This document shows, in pieces, positions 32,175 through 41,992 of a DNA stretch of 64,000 nt; positions within the stretch are counted from its first letter, which is position 1; every line of letters starts with the position of its first letter. The notes beneath the pieces are model-generated. The model had not been told where the DNA came from. It was given only the letters and a program-made list of their open reading frames with translations, and did not search any database. Position numbers and translations under genes: made by a program. This DNA comes from Candidatus Eiseniibacteriota bacterium (GTDB lineage Bacteria > Eisenbacteria > RBG-16-71-46 > SZUA-252): the NCBI GenBank assembly GCA_036505295.1, contig DASXTQ010000084.1, positions 511-64,510 of the forward strand. The letters are read 5' to 3'.

Positions 32175-32213
32175 GGGCCATCAGTTGGCTTCCCCTGATG
32201 GCCCTTCGATTTT
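32175..32213 (+). terminator. rho-independent terminator GGGCCATCAG-N10-CTGATGGCCC followed by TTCGATTTT
   Basis: A perfect 10-bp GC-rich stem with a T-rich tail, directly downstream of micro-ORF 2 and upstream of lon. Confidence 0.7.
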
Positions 32214-32324
32214 GGGGGGCATGGGGGCGGGGGGCGACTGGCCATCGGCAGGGAAGCTGTGATACCGTGGCCTTCGTACCCTCGCCCTCGACCCTCGTCT
32301 TCCCTGGCGGAAAGGATCGCCTTC

Positions 32325-34859
32325 ATGAGCAAGCGACCGATGTCCGAGATCGGCCGGATGCTCGAATGCGACGTGCCCCCGGTCATGCCGGTGCTCCCGC
32401 TCATGAGCACCGTCGTCTTCCCGCTCGGTGTTACCTCGATCCAGATTCGTCTCGAGCAGTCGAAGGCGCTCCTCCGCGATCACGCAGAGCCCGACGAGCT
32501 GGTCGCGCTCGTCTACAGCCCGGCCAAGAGCGAGAAAGATCTTAACCCTGAGCAGCTAAGCAAGATAGGCCTCGCCGCCCGGGTGATCCGGATCCTGAAC
32601 ATGCCAAACGGCAACGTCCAGGTCACCCTCGAAGGATTGCGGCGCATAGCGGTCGAGGAGATACTCAGCAGAGATCCCTACATCGAGGCCCGCGTATCCT
32701 GTCCGCTCGAGAACGAGGTGGACCCGGAGCGCGCGAAGCTCCTCGCGACCCGGATCCTGCAGCACCTCAAGGCGATCTCCCAGCTCGACCACTCCTACCC
32801 CGCCGAGATGGACAACATCTTCAGCATGAACCTGGGGGACCCCGGCCTCTTTGCCGACACCGTGGCTTCGATCGTGCGGCTTCCGGTTGAGGCGAAACAG
32901 AAGGCGATCGAGACCTTGAACATCGAGGAACGCCTGGGTTTCGTGGCCGAATCCCTCGAAAGCGAGGTCGCTCGTCTCAGTGTCGCCGAGGACGTCGTGC
33001 GCCGTGCGTCTGCCCAGGTCGACAAGAATCAGAGGGAGTTTTTCCTCCGCCAGCAGCTCGACGAAATCCGCCGTCAGCTCGGCGAAGAAGACCCCCAAGA
33101 AATGCTCGTCCGGCAGATTCTGGACCGCGCGGATACCTTGGGCCTGCCGCAGCACGTTCGCTCGGTGGTGTACGAGGAGACGAACCGGCTTCGCTATTTG
33201 GCCCCGACCTCGCAGGAGTCCGGGGTGATCCGCAACTACATCGAATGGCTGCTCGCGCTGCCTTGGAACAAGCCGGTGCGCCAGCCGATCGACTTGGACG
33301 AGGTAACGCGTAGGCTCAATGCGGAGCATTTCGGCCTGGACAAGGTGAAGGAGCGGATCCTCGAGTACCTCGCCGTGCTCAAGCTGAAGAACGATCTCAA
33401 GGGCCCGATCCTCTGCTTCGCGGGCCCGCCCGGCACGGGGAAGACGTCGCTCGGGAGCTCGATCGCGCGCGCCATGGGGCGCGATTTCGTCCGGATGAGC
33501 GTGGGGGGCGTGCGCGACGAGGCGGAGATCCGGGGCCACCGCCGCACGTACATCGGCTCCCGGCCCGGGAAGATCATCCGAAGCTTGCGGGACGTCCATA
33601 GCTCCAACCCCGTGTTCATGATCGACGAGATCGACAAGCTCGGCCACGACTCCCAGGGGGATCCCGCCTCAGCGCTCCTCGAGGTGCTCGACCACGAACA
33701 GAACGCCAATTTCGTGGATCACTACATCGAGATCCCGTTCGACCTCTCCGAGACGCTCTTCATCACGACGGCGAACGTGCTCGATTTCATCCCGGCGCCG
33801 TTGCTCGATCGGATGGAAGTGATCCAGATCCCCGGGTATATGGACGCGGAGAAGATCGAGATCGCCAAGCGTCACCTGATTCCGCGGGCGGCCCGCGAGC
33901 ACGGGCTTCAGGAAGGGGATATCGCGTTCGACGACGCCGCGATCACGAAGATGATCCGCGAGTACTCCCGGGAGGCGGGCGTCCGGCAGCTCGAGCGCGC
34001 GATCGAAACCGTATGCCGCAAGTGCGCGCGTCAGAGGACCACCGGGTACACGGGCCGATGGAGTTTCGGCGAGGCCGACATCGAGAAACTTCTAGGTCCT
34101 CCCTATGTCCTCCCCGAAATGGCCGAGGGACACGCCGAGGTCGGCGTGGCGACCGGGCTCGCGTGGACCACGACCGGCGGGGACCTGCTTCTCATCGAGG
34201 CGCTCAAGATGCGCGGGGCCGGGCGCGTGATCGTGACCGGGCAACTCGGAGACGTGATGAAGGAGTCGGTTCAGGCGGCGCACAGCTATGTGCGTGCGCG
34301 GGCGGAGCTACTCGGCATCGACCCCGAGGTCTTCGATGATTTCGATCTCCACATTCACTTTCCCGAGGGCGCGGTTCCCAAGGACGGCCCCTCCGCGGGC
34401 ATCACGATCGTGATGGCAATCGCCTCGGCGCTCGCCGAGGCGCCGATCCGACACGACGTCGCGATGACGGGGGAAGTGACGCTGCGAGGCAAGGTGATCG
34501 CGGTCGGGGGCCTGAAGGAGAAGATCATGGCGGCCCACCGCGCCGGCATCAAGACGGTGGTATTCCCCTCGGATAATCAGAAGGACGTGGTCGAAGTCCC
34601 GGACTCGGTGCGCGCGAGCATGACCCTCGTTCCGGTGAGCGCCGTCGACGAGGTCTTCCGCTATGCCTTCGTCGGGGTTGCGGAGCGCATCGCCGAGCTG
34701 GAGGCCCGAAAGGCCGCCGCCGGCCGGCGAAAGGCGGAGGCCAGGAAGCGGAGGGCGAAACGCGGGAACGCGCGCAGGAAAACTCGACGCCCCGAGCCCC
34801 AACCGCGCCAGAAAGCCGCGAGGGAGCGCTCCCCCGGTGTTCCCAAGGGGAGACGCTAG
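32325..34859 (+). CDS. lon: ATP-dependent protease Lon
   Basis: Lon N-domain, AAA+ (GPPGTGKTSLG) and a Ser-Lys dyad protease (PKDGPSAGIT). ATG at 32325 with an AAAGGA SD. Has a Lys/Arg-rich C-terminal tail. Confidence 0.9.
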   Translation: MSKRPMSEIGRMLECDVPPVMPVLPLMSTVVFPLGVTSIQIRLEQSKALLRDHAEPDELVALVYSPAKSEKDLNPEQLSKIGLAARVIRILNMPNGNVQVTLEGLRRIAVEEILSRDPYIEARVSCPLENEVDPERAKLLATRILQHLKAISQLDHSYPAEMDNIFSMNLGDPGLFADTVASIVRLPVEAKQKAIETLNIEERLGFVAESLESEVARLSVAEDVVRRASAQVDKNQREFFLRQQLDEIRRQLGEEDPQEMLVRQILDRADTLGLPQHVRSVVYEETNRLRYLAPTSQESGVIRNYIEWLLALPWNKPVRQPIDLDEVTRRLNAEHFGLDKVKERILEYLAVLKLKNDLKGPILCFAGPPGTGKTSLGSSIARAMGRDFVRMSVGGVRDEAEIRGHRRTYIGSRPGKIIRSLRDVHSSNPVFMIDEIDKLGHDSQGDPASALLEVLDHEQNANFVDHYIEIPFDLSETLFITTANVLDFIPAPLLDRMEVIQIPGYMDAEKIEIAKRHLIPRAAREHGLQEGDIAFDDAAITKMIREYSREAGVRQLERAIETVCRKCARQRTTGYTGRWSFGEADIEKLLGPPYVLPEMAEGHAEVGVATGLAWTTTGGDLLLIEALKMRGAGRVIVTGQLGDVMKESVQAAHSYVRARAELLGIDPEVFDDFDLHIHFPEGAVPKDGPSAGITIVMAIASALAEAPIRHDVAMTGEVTLRGKVIAVGGLKEKIMAAHRAGIKTVVFPSDNQKDVVEVPDSVRASMTLVPVSAVDEVFRYAFVGVAERIAELEARKAAAGRRKAEARKRRAKRGNARRKTRRPEPQPRQKAARERSPGVPKGRR

Positions 34860-34889
34860 CGCCCCGCGGCTTCGCCCCCAGCTTTGCCT

Positions 34890-35258
34890 TCACCGCTTCG
34901 ATTTTCCCCGCGAATTGAGAATCGAGTCCGCCAGGCTCCACGCCGCCAGGATCAAGATCGGCCATGTGATGTCGAAGAAGAGACGCCGCTCGAAATACAC
35001 GTAGGCAAGCGCGAGCAGGATGAGGAGAAACCCGAAGACGCGATAGAGGACCCCCGGGAGGAGTCCTCCCGAACCCAGCAACCGCCCCTCCCCGGCGGGC
35101 ACGAGGGCGACGGTTCGCGTGAACCCGACGAAATACATCACCATCCCGGCGAGGATGCCGTGCGAGGTATCAGGCGACCATCGGAGGGGAAGGACGGCGA
35201 ACACGCCGCAGCCGATGGCGATCAGGCCGGCGAAGATGGGAATCCAGGAGGGTCGCAT
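34890..35258 (-). CDS. hypothetical integral membrane protein (3-4 TM)
   Basis: Hydrophobic helices with a probable start at MRPSW (35258). Confidence 0.45.
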   Translation of the reverse strand: MRPSWIPIFAGLIAIGCGVFAVLPLRWSPDTSHGILAGMVMYFVGFTRTVALVPAGEGRLLGSGGLLPGVLYRVFGFLLILLALAYVYFERRLFFDITWPILILAAWSLADSILNSRGKSKR

Positions 35259-35262
35259 GGCG

Positions 35263-35976
35263 CTATCCCTTGAAGGCCTGAATCGCACAGTAGAGGGCTG
35301 CGCCTAGGATGGCCGCGCCGGAGCCGACCGTGACGCAGCCGGGAAAGTTTCCCATCGAGTTGCAGGCGTCATCAACATTTCGGAGAAGCATGTCGGCGAG
35401 AGGGATGAAACATACGCCGAACCTTGCCCAGTTGAAACGCTCCGGAGCCCGAACCACGATCCCCGCCGGGGAGGGTGTATAGACGGCGCCCTCTTTGATC
35501 CAGAGACTGTTCTGCCCGGAGTTGACCGGCTGAAACCCCGCTTCCAGCAAGCTCGGATCGCGCCGGCGGACGAGCTCGAAGCTCTGCACTTGAGCCATGG
35601 CGTTCACCTCGAGCAGCGCGAAGTAGACGGCGTGGGCGAGATCGTCACGATATTGATATGGAAGGATCGTGATCCGGACGCGGCGTCCGTCCACCATCGT
35701 TCCAAGCGCCCCCACGATGCCGGTTCGCAGAAGTCCAAGCCGTGGGTCCGTGGCTCGGTCCGCGAGCGCGCGTGCCATCAGCGGGCTCTTCGCCGCGCGC
35801 GCCGCTGCTTCACGAATTTCGCCGTCTCCCGTGATCCACCACGCTTCCCCGATATCCGAGAGACTCGGCTGCGGAGCAGGGGCCGGATCGGTAACGCGAT
35901 GGGCCCCTTGCTTCGTGCACCCGGAAAGTCCGATGGCGATCGCGGAGACGGCGAGGAAAATCTCGAAACGTTTCAT
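35263..35976 (-). CDS. hypothetical lipoprotein
   Basis: Likely start is MKRFEIFLAVSAIAIGLSGC (lipobox) at 35976, with a GGAGGGGTG SD upstream. The track extends to 36045. Confidence 0.5.
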   Translation of the reverse strand: MKRFEIFLAVSAIAIGLSGCTKQGAHRVTDPAPAPQPSLSDIGEAWWITGDGEIREAAARAAKSPLMARALADRATDPRLGLLRTGIVGALGTMVDGRRVRITILPYQYRDDLAHAVYFALLEVNAMAQVQSFELVRRRDPSLLEAGFQPVNSGQNSLWIKEGAVYTPSPAGIVVRAPERFNWARFGVCFIPLADMLLRNVDDACNSMGNFPGCVTVGSGAAILGAALYCAIQAFKG

Positions 35977-36210
35977 ATCGGCACCCCTCCTGGATTCGCG
36001 CGGCCAAGGCCGCGCCGTTGGGCGCCGAGGAGCGAGGGCGTCCATCGAACGAGCACGATCCGTTCCAAGGGGTGCATCGCCACACGATTTCGTCGCGGCG
36101 AGCGAACGGAGTGCCCGCGTGGTGCTTGGAACGGCAAGGGCGCGGACGCGCGTGGAAGCCGGCGCGGATCCGGGCGTCGGAGGTCCGACGGCGTTAGGTC
36201 CGGCGGAGGA

Positions 36211-38904
36211 TCACTTCGCGCCGCCGAGCCCGAATCGCTGGCCCACGGCGATTTGCACCGACCCGTCGAGGTCCTTTGGCAAGGAAGGCCTCAAATGCTG
36301 CACGCGATCGAGGCGTCCTTCCAGGGACACGGCATTGTCCCCGAGACCCGCGACACGCAGCAGCGCGACTTGGAGCCGGGCCGAGTACCGGTCCTCTCTC
36401 GTGCCCTGGAGATCGTAGGTTCGGGTAGACCCGGCGAAGAAGGGCGTGATCAGAAGGCGGCTCGCGATCGCTTCCCATCGCGCCTCGAAGGAGCCCTGAA
36501 TCGTCGTGTCGGTGAGATTGAGATCGCCCAGGCGGTTCTGCTCCAGTCCCAGCGCGAGGCTGCTCACGACGCGCCCCGGATGCCGCCGGGTGGTGACGAG
36601 CGATCCCGACAGGACTCGCCGCTTCGTCGCGGCTCTCATCGCGTCGTTGATGAAGGTGACGTCGAAGCGCGCGGTCGTCCGCCCGCCGAGCGGCTCCGCG
36701 ACCGTGTACTCCGTCGCGACCCTGTGTTCCGTGAAATCGGTGTTCGCGCCGCGATGGGTCACGCGCACAAGCGACGGGGTCACCCAGCTGACCTGATTCA
36801 TCTCGAGCCTCCCGCCGACCGTCCCGGTCTGAACGCGCACGATCGGCTCGAGGCCGGTTCGCTCGGCGGGCTCTTCGGAGCGGAAACTGCCGAAGAGGTT
36901 CCATTTCCAAATACTGCGCTTGAGCTGCGCGAACCCGCCGCGGCGATCCGACAGCGCGTACGGGTTCAGCGCGGTCGCGAGCGCCGGCTGGTAGGAAAAC
37001 GCCTGCCCGAGTGCTTCGAATCCGGCGGCGGCGCCCTTTAGCTCGCCGCGCCATGCCGTGCGCGAGCGGCCTTCCTCGACGCCCGCGATCTTCCGGTGTC
37101 GCACCGTGGCCGCGTCTCCGACGATCGCCCATGTCCCCGGAAGATCGACGCGGGCCATGCCGCCGTAGATCGCGCGGGTTCGCGTCTGCGTCTCGACCCC
37201 GCCCGGCGTAGGGTCTTCGTGGGTGTAGCCGCCGTAGAGTGTCGCCTGGAGGCGGTCGCGGAGCAGCGATCGGCGCAGGCGTGCGGCGTAGAGATCGGAC
37301 TCCGGCTCGCGTAGGGGGCCGCCGGCCGACATCGGATGCGACGCGAGCGCCACGTAGCCGTCGAGATCGCCGAGAGGAGAGCCGTGCCATGCCGCCTGGG
37401 CGCTCCTCCGCGGCACGGGGCTCATGAGGAGCGGCGTCTCGCCGGCGCCCGCGGGGGCGGCGTCGCTCCACTCGAGCTGAGCGTTCCGTGCGGCGTAGCG
37501 AAGCTTCATGTGTTGCGGCGCCCCCCGACCGTTCCCGACCTCGTCGAACCTGAGCCGCATCGAGACCTCCGCCTCGAGGCGGCGTGTCGGGGATAGATCG
37601 TAGCCCGCGTTCCACGCTCCCCATCCCGTCGCGGAGCGATCCTCATCCCGAAAGCGCGAGCGCCCCTCGGCGAGCCAGGTCAACGATCCCTTGAGCCGCC
37701 GTGGGGCTTCGGCCGGCGGCTCAGGGGATTTCCACGCTGGAGGCTCGAGCCCGCTAGGCGGAGCAGTACAGATGAAGGAAACCGGGCTCGCCGCGACGGG
37801 CTGGGGCGCCTCGACCTTGAACTGGAGCCGGTGCTCCCCGAGCCTTCGCGTGGGCAGCGGTCCCCGCATCGTGACCGCGACCGGACGCCCGGCCTCCATG
37901 TAACCCTCCTCGATCGAGACGAGATCCCCATCCATGTAGAAGGCGCCGCGAAATGCGCCCGTTCCGTTCCCGGTTACGACGGCGCGCGGAAGGATCGTAT
38001 CCCCCGCGGCGAAGGCAGCGCCATGGAGCGGCCATTCCAGAACGGCCGAGACCACGAGCACGTCGGAGGCGATCGCCGGCAGCACGCTGGCCTGATGGCA
38101 CGCGACGCTCGTCGAGTCGATGCGGAAGCACGCGTCCACGACGACCGAGGAGGACGTTTCGTCGGTTCCGTAGAACGTCAGGCGCACGCCCAGCGTTCCT
38201 TGGGGAATGATGCGCGCGACGCTCCCGGGGAGCGTGACGGGCGCGGCGAGGTTCACGGCTCCATTGCGTCGAAGGAAGATCGAGATCGGGAGGGTGTATT
38301 CATAGAAGGGCGTGACGGAGTCGTCGAGCGGCGTGGGCTCGGTGTTGAGAACCGTGGGGGAGGGTATGAACTGCACGCGCGCCGAAGTGAATGAGACGTC
38401 GGTGCCCGCCAGCTCCCGTACCGGGATCGGGACCGGCAAGGTGACATCGGGCGTCAACGCGAGGCCCACGTCGCCCGCCTGCACCCGCTCGACCCTGGAT
38501 GGGGCCAGGGTCGCGAAGTAATACGCCTGGTTGTAATACGTCGGGTTTCCGTAATACGTGCTGTCGACGTCCTGAAGCAGGTTGATCTTCATCCCGAATT
38601 GATGTCCGAATTCGAGAGGCAGGAGCGGTGTGATGTAGAGCGTGTCGCCCAGCGGTGACCAGCGGTCCGGCGAGGTTGTGATGGTTCCACCCCCGCCGCT
38701 TGTAAGGTCGGCGACTGAATACGAGACGTGCTTCGCCGTGGGACGGTCGAACGCGAAGATGAGGATCGCGTTCGACGGCACGCGGTCGGCTCCGTCCGCT
38801 GGATACGTGGCCACGATCCTCGGCTGCGCGAGGGACGTGCCGGCGGCAAGAAGAAGCGCCGCGGGAATTCCGAAGGCGGTGAAGCGTCTGAACTTCGAGC
38901 TCAA
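36211..38904 (-). CDS. large secreted hypothetical protein (897 aa) with an Ig-like N-terminal region and a beta-rich C-terminal region
   Basis: Signal peptide (MSSKFRRFTAFGIPAALLLAAGTSLAQ). Codon usage fits the genome. No catalytic motif recognised. Forms a possible operon with the downstream lipoprotein and membrane protein. Confidence 0.5.
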   Translation of the reverse strand: MSSKFRRFTAFGIPAALLLAAGTSLAQPRIVATYPADGADRVPSNAILIFAFDRPTAKHVSYSVADLTSGGGGTITTSPDRWSPLGDTLYITPLLPLEFGHQFGMKINLLQDVDSTYYGNPTYYNQAYYFATLAPSRVERVQAGDVGLALTPDVTLPVPIPVRELAGTDVSFTSARVQFIPSPTVLNTEPTPLDDSVTPFYEYTLPISIFLRRNGAVNLAAPVTLPGSVARIIPQGTLGVRLTFYGTDETSSSVVVDACFRIDSTSVACHQASVLPAIASDVLVVSAVLEWPLHGAAFAAGDTILPRAVVTGNGTGAFRGAFYMDGDLVSIEEGYMEAGRPVAVTMRGPLPTRRLGEHRLQFKVEAPQPVAASPVSFICTAPPSGLEPPAWKSPEPPAEAPRRLKGSLTWLAEGRSRFRDEDRSATGWGAWNAGYDLSPTRRLEAEVSMRLRFDEVGNGRGAPQHMKLRYAARNAQLEWSDAAPAGAGETPLLMSPVPRRSAQAAWHGSPLGDLDGYVALASHPMSAGGPLREPESDLYAARLRRSLLRDRLQATLYGGYTHEDPTPGGVETQTRTRAIYGGMARVDLPGTWAIVGDAATVRHRKIAGVEEGRSRTAWRGELKGAAAGFEALGQAFSYQPALATALNPYALSDRRGGFAQLKRSIWKWNLFGSFRSEEPAERTGLEPIVRVQTGTVGGRLEMNQVSWVTPSLVRVTHRGANTDFTEHRVATEYTVAEPLGGRTTARFDVTFINDAMRAATKRRVLSGSLVTTRRHPGRVVSSLALGLEQNRLGDLNLTDTTIQGSFEARWEAIASRLLITPFFAGSTRTYDLQGTREDRYSARLQVALLRVAGLGDNAVSLEGRLDRVQHLRPSLPKDLDGSVQIAVGQRFGLGGAK

Positions 38905-38978
38905 GAGGGAAAGCCCTTCGCGGGGAGGGGGATTGGGGATTGCGGAGGGGGACGGCGCAAACGTATCATGAGCGGTCT

Positions 38979-40088
38979 ATGCTAGCAAAATCGCGCGGTA
39001 CCGCAACGACTTCGAAGCGCTCCCCCTCAAAAGGCGCGCGAAACGGCTCCGGCCCGAGGGCCGTCGCGGTCCTCGGCGCAACGGGAACGGTAGGGCAGCG
39101 CTTTATCCAGCTCCTCGAAAGCCACCCGTGGTTTTACGTGGCGGAGGTCATGGCCTCGGATCTGTCCGCCGGGAAGACTTACGCGGAGGCGGTCGGAGGA
39201 CGGTGGAAGCTTTCGACCCGGATTCCGGAGCGCGTCGCTGGCCTCAAAGTAAGGGGGCCGGGCGAAAAGCTCCGCTCGCCGATTCTGTTTTCGGCTCTCG
39301 ATGCCTCGGTCGCGGGGGAGCTGGAGGAGCGCTACGCGCACCAGGGGCATCTGGTGTGCTCGAATTCAAGGAATCACAGGCTCGATCCTTACGTTCCGCT
39401 CGTCATCCCGGAAGTGAACCGCGATCACATCGAGCTCCTGGACAAACAGAGCTACAACGGCGGGGGGATCCTCACGAACCCGAACTGCTCGGCGATCGTT
39501 CTGGTGATGGCGCTCGCGCCGTTGCACCGCGCCTTCGGCGTCGAATCTGTGATCGTCACGACGTTTCAGGCTACGAGCGGCGCGGGATATCCGGGTGTTC
39601 CGTCGCTCGACATTCTGGGAAACGTGATCCCGTTCATCGCGGGCGAGGAGCCCAAGATGGAGACCGAGACGAACAAGATCCTGGGCCGCATGGGCTCGCG
39701 GGGCATCGAGTCGGCCGGGATCGCGGTCAGCGCACAATGCCATCGCGTGCCGGTCTTGGACGGCCACCTCGAGGCCGTGAGCGTGAAGCTCAAGCGGAAG
39801 ACATCCTTGAAGCTGCTGATCGCCGCGCTACGCGGATTTCGTCCGCTCGACCGGCTCTCGCTTCCCTCCGCGCCGGCGGAGCCACTTCACGTGCGCGATG
39901 AAGAGGATCGTCCCCAGCCGCGCCTCGACGTGGACCGTGCCTTGGGGATGGGCGTCACGGTCGGGAGAATCCGTCCGTGCGCGGTCCTCGATTGGAAATT
40001 CGACGTGCTCGGCCACAATACAATTCGCGGTGCCGCCGGCGCCGCCATTCTGAACGCGGAGCTTCTCGCCCATGCGGGCAGAGTCTAG
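38979..40088 (+). CDS. asd: aspartate-semialdehyde dehydrogenase
   Basis: VAVLGATGTVGQRF (NAD-binding), NPNCSAIVLVMAL (active-site Cys) and TFQATSGAG. Start is either ATG 38979 or 38940. Confidence 0.85.
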   Translation: MLAKSRGTATTSKRSPSKGARNGSGPRAVAVLGATGTVGQRFIQLLESHPWFYVAEVMASDLSAGKTYAEAVGGRWKLSTRIPERVAGLKVRGPGEKLRSPILFSALDASVAGELEERYAHQGHLVCSNSRNHRLDPYVPLVIPEVNRDHIELLDKQSYNGGGILTNPNCSAIVLVMALAPLHRAFGVESVIVTTFQATSGAGYPGVPSLDILGNVIPFIAGEEPKMETETNKILGRMGSRGIESAGIAVSAQCHRVPVLDGHLEAVSVKLKRKTSLKLLIAALRGFRPLDRLSLPSAPAEPLHVRDEEDRPQPRLDVDRALGMGVTVGRIRPCAVLDWKFDVLGHNTIRGAAGAAILNAELLAHAGRV

Positions 40089-40686
40089 CGTCACGCCCGT
40101 GAGCCAGACGCGCGATTTCGTTCTCGTGCGCCACGGGGAGACCGACTGGAATCGCCAGCGTCGCGTACAGGGCTCCAAGGGAGCGTCGATGAACGACGCG
40201 GGGCACGAGCAGGCGAAGGCCCTGGCTCGCGTCCTCTGGGAGGTGCCGCTCCAGGCCATCTATTCAAGCGCGCTCCCGCGCGCCGTCGAAACCGCCTCCT
40301 ACGTCGCGGGGCCTCATCGGTTGAACGTGATTACCGATCCGCGGCTCAACGAGATCCATCACGGCGAGTGGGAAGGGCTCAGCGAATCGGAGCTGCCCGA
40401 CTTCGACCTCTACCGGCGTTGGCGTGAAGATCCCACGTCGTGCTCGCTCCCGGGCGCGGAGCCTCTCGCCCAAGTGCACGAGCGCGCCGTTCAGGCGATG
40501 CACGACATCGCGGGGCGGCATCCGGCCTCCGACGGGCTTGTGGCGGTCGTTTCGCATCAGATCGTGCTCGCGCTTCTCAAGTGCCACATCCTCGATCGCC
40601 CATGGAACCAGATCCGCCGCCACGCCCTGGGCGTCGCGTCCTACGAAGTACTGACGACCGGAGAAGGCTTTGCACCGAGACCTTGA
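40072..40686 (+). CDS. histidine phosphatase family protein (phosphoglycerate mutase-like)
   Basis: LVRHGETDWN catalytic motif. Alternative GTG start at 40099. Confidence 0.75.
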   Translation: MRAESSVTPVSQTRDFVLVRHGETDWNRQRRVQGSKGASMNDAGHEQAKALARVLWEVPLQAIYSSALPRAVETASYVAGPHRLNVITDPRLNEIHHGEWEGLSESELPDFDLYRRWREDPTSCSLPGAEPLAQVHERAVQAMHDIAGRHPASDGLVAVVSHQIVLALLKCHILDRPWNQIRRHALGVASYEVLTTGEGFAPRP

Positions 40687-40729
40687 TGATAGGGAACCCG
40701 TTGTCACATTGCGGGGTAGAGCTAGGTCA

Positions 40730-41800
40730 ATGACGCGCACTCGGTATCCGACGAAAACTTGGCTGCTCACCGCCTTCGTTTTCACGGCGCTGGCGCCCGG
40801 GTGCGCCCGAGCCACCTCGTTCACGCAGGTCACCTCCGACACGTTGCGTGAGACGGATCCGGCGCCGTCGCCGGACGGGAAGTGGATCGCGTTCACGTCG
40901 GATCGTTGCGGCCACGGCTCGACCCAGGTCTACATCATGCCCGCCGAGGGAGGCGAGGCGCGCCAGCTGACCCACGAGCCCGACAGCGCCCGCGCGGCCA
41001 CTCCGACCTGGGCACCGGACGGCAAGTCGCTCCTTTTCATCTCGACCCGGGGGCATCGGTATAACGTCTATTCGATCCCGTTCGACGGCGGTGAGTCGCG
41101 AAAGCTGTCGCATGGTCCCGGCAGCCACCGCTTCGCGAGCTATTCCTCGGACGCGAAGAAGATCGTGTTCTACTCCAATCGATTGCGTCCGACCGAGCTC
41201 TACGGCTTCAACATCTACGTCATGGACGCATCCGGCGAAGAGGACACCGCGATGGCGAGACAGGTGACGAACAGCATGGGTAGCCCAGGGCATCCGACCT
41301 GGTCGCCCGACGGCAACTGGATCGCCTTCGTCGCGAAGGACTACGATCCTGCGAAGCAGCAGACGATGGAAGGCAGCATCCTGTTCACGAAGTATCACCT
41401 GTTCAAGGCGCGGGCCGATGGCGGACCGGAGATACGCCTCAGCAAGGGCGCGATTGGCGGGCAGCCTATCGAGGACACCTGGCCGTCCTGGTCGCCGGAC
41501 GGCAAGTGGATCGCCTTCGGACGGCAGGTCGGCACCAAGCGTGACGTCTGGATCCTGGAGGTGGCCACGAACAAGACGTTTCGGCTCACGACGGCGGGGA
41601 AATGCATCAAGCCGACGTGGACGTATGATTCCAAGTCGCTCTACTACAGCTCGGTCATTGGTAATGGTAATAACGAAGACATCTGGGTGGCACGGGATCT
41701 CACGCTCAAACCCCCTGCTCCCGCGCGAAAGTCTGCAGCCAAGAAGCCGAAAGCCCGAGCGGCGGCCGCGTCCAGCTCCACCAAAACGACCCACCGATAG
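40730..41800 (+). CDS. TolB-like periplasmic beta-propeller (PD40/WD40-like repeats), lipoprotein
   Basis: Repeated PDGKWIAF/SPDGNWIAF/WSPDGKWIAF blades. Signal and lipobox (ALAPGCA). Lys/Ala-rich C-terminal tail. Confidence 0.7.
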   Translation: MTRTRYPTKTWLLTAFVFTALAPGCARATSFTQVTSDTLRETDPAPSPDGKWIAFTSDRCGHGSTQVYIMPAEGGEARQLTHEPDSARAATPTWAPDGKSLLFISTRGHRYNVYSIPFDGGESRKLSHGPGSHRFASYSSDAKKIVFYSNRLRPTELYGFNIYVMDASGEEDTAMARQVTNSMGSPGHPTWSPDGNWIAFVAKDYDPAKQQTMEGSILFTKYHLFKARADGGPEIRLSKGAIGGQPIEDTWPSWSPDGKWIAFGRQVGTKRDVWILEVATNKTFRLTTAGKCIKPTWTYDSKSLYYSSVIGNGNNEDIWVARDLTLKPPAPARKSAAKKPKARAAAASSSTKTTHR

Positions 41801-41992
41801 CGGGGACAGGATACGTCGCGCATCATTGTCGCGCTTCTGAGTGCGATCGTGATCGTCGGCACTGCCCGAGTTGACGCCTCGGCGGCGTGAGCCGCTACGC
41901 GGGGCAAGACCCCGGTCGCATCGCCGGCGCAGCGAGCCGCAACAAGCCCGGCGACGCCTGCGCCCGCCCCTCGTCCGAGCCTCCTCCCCCAG

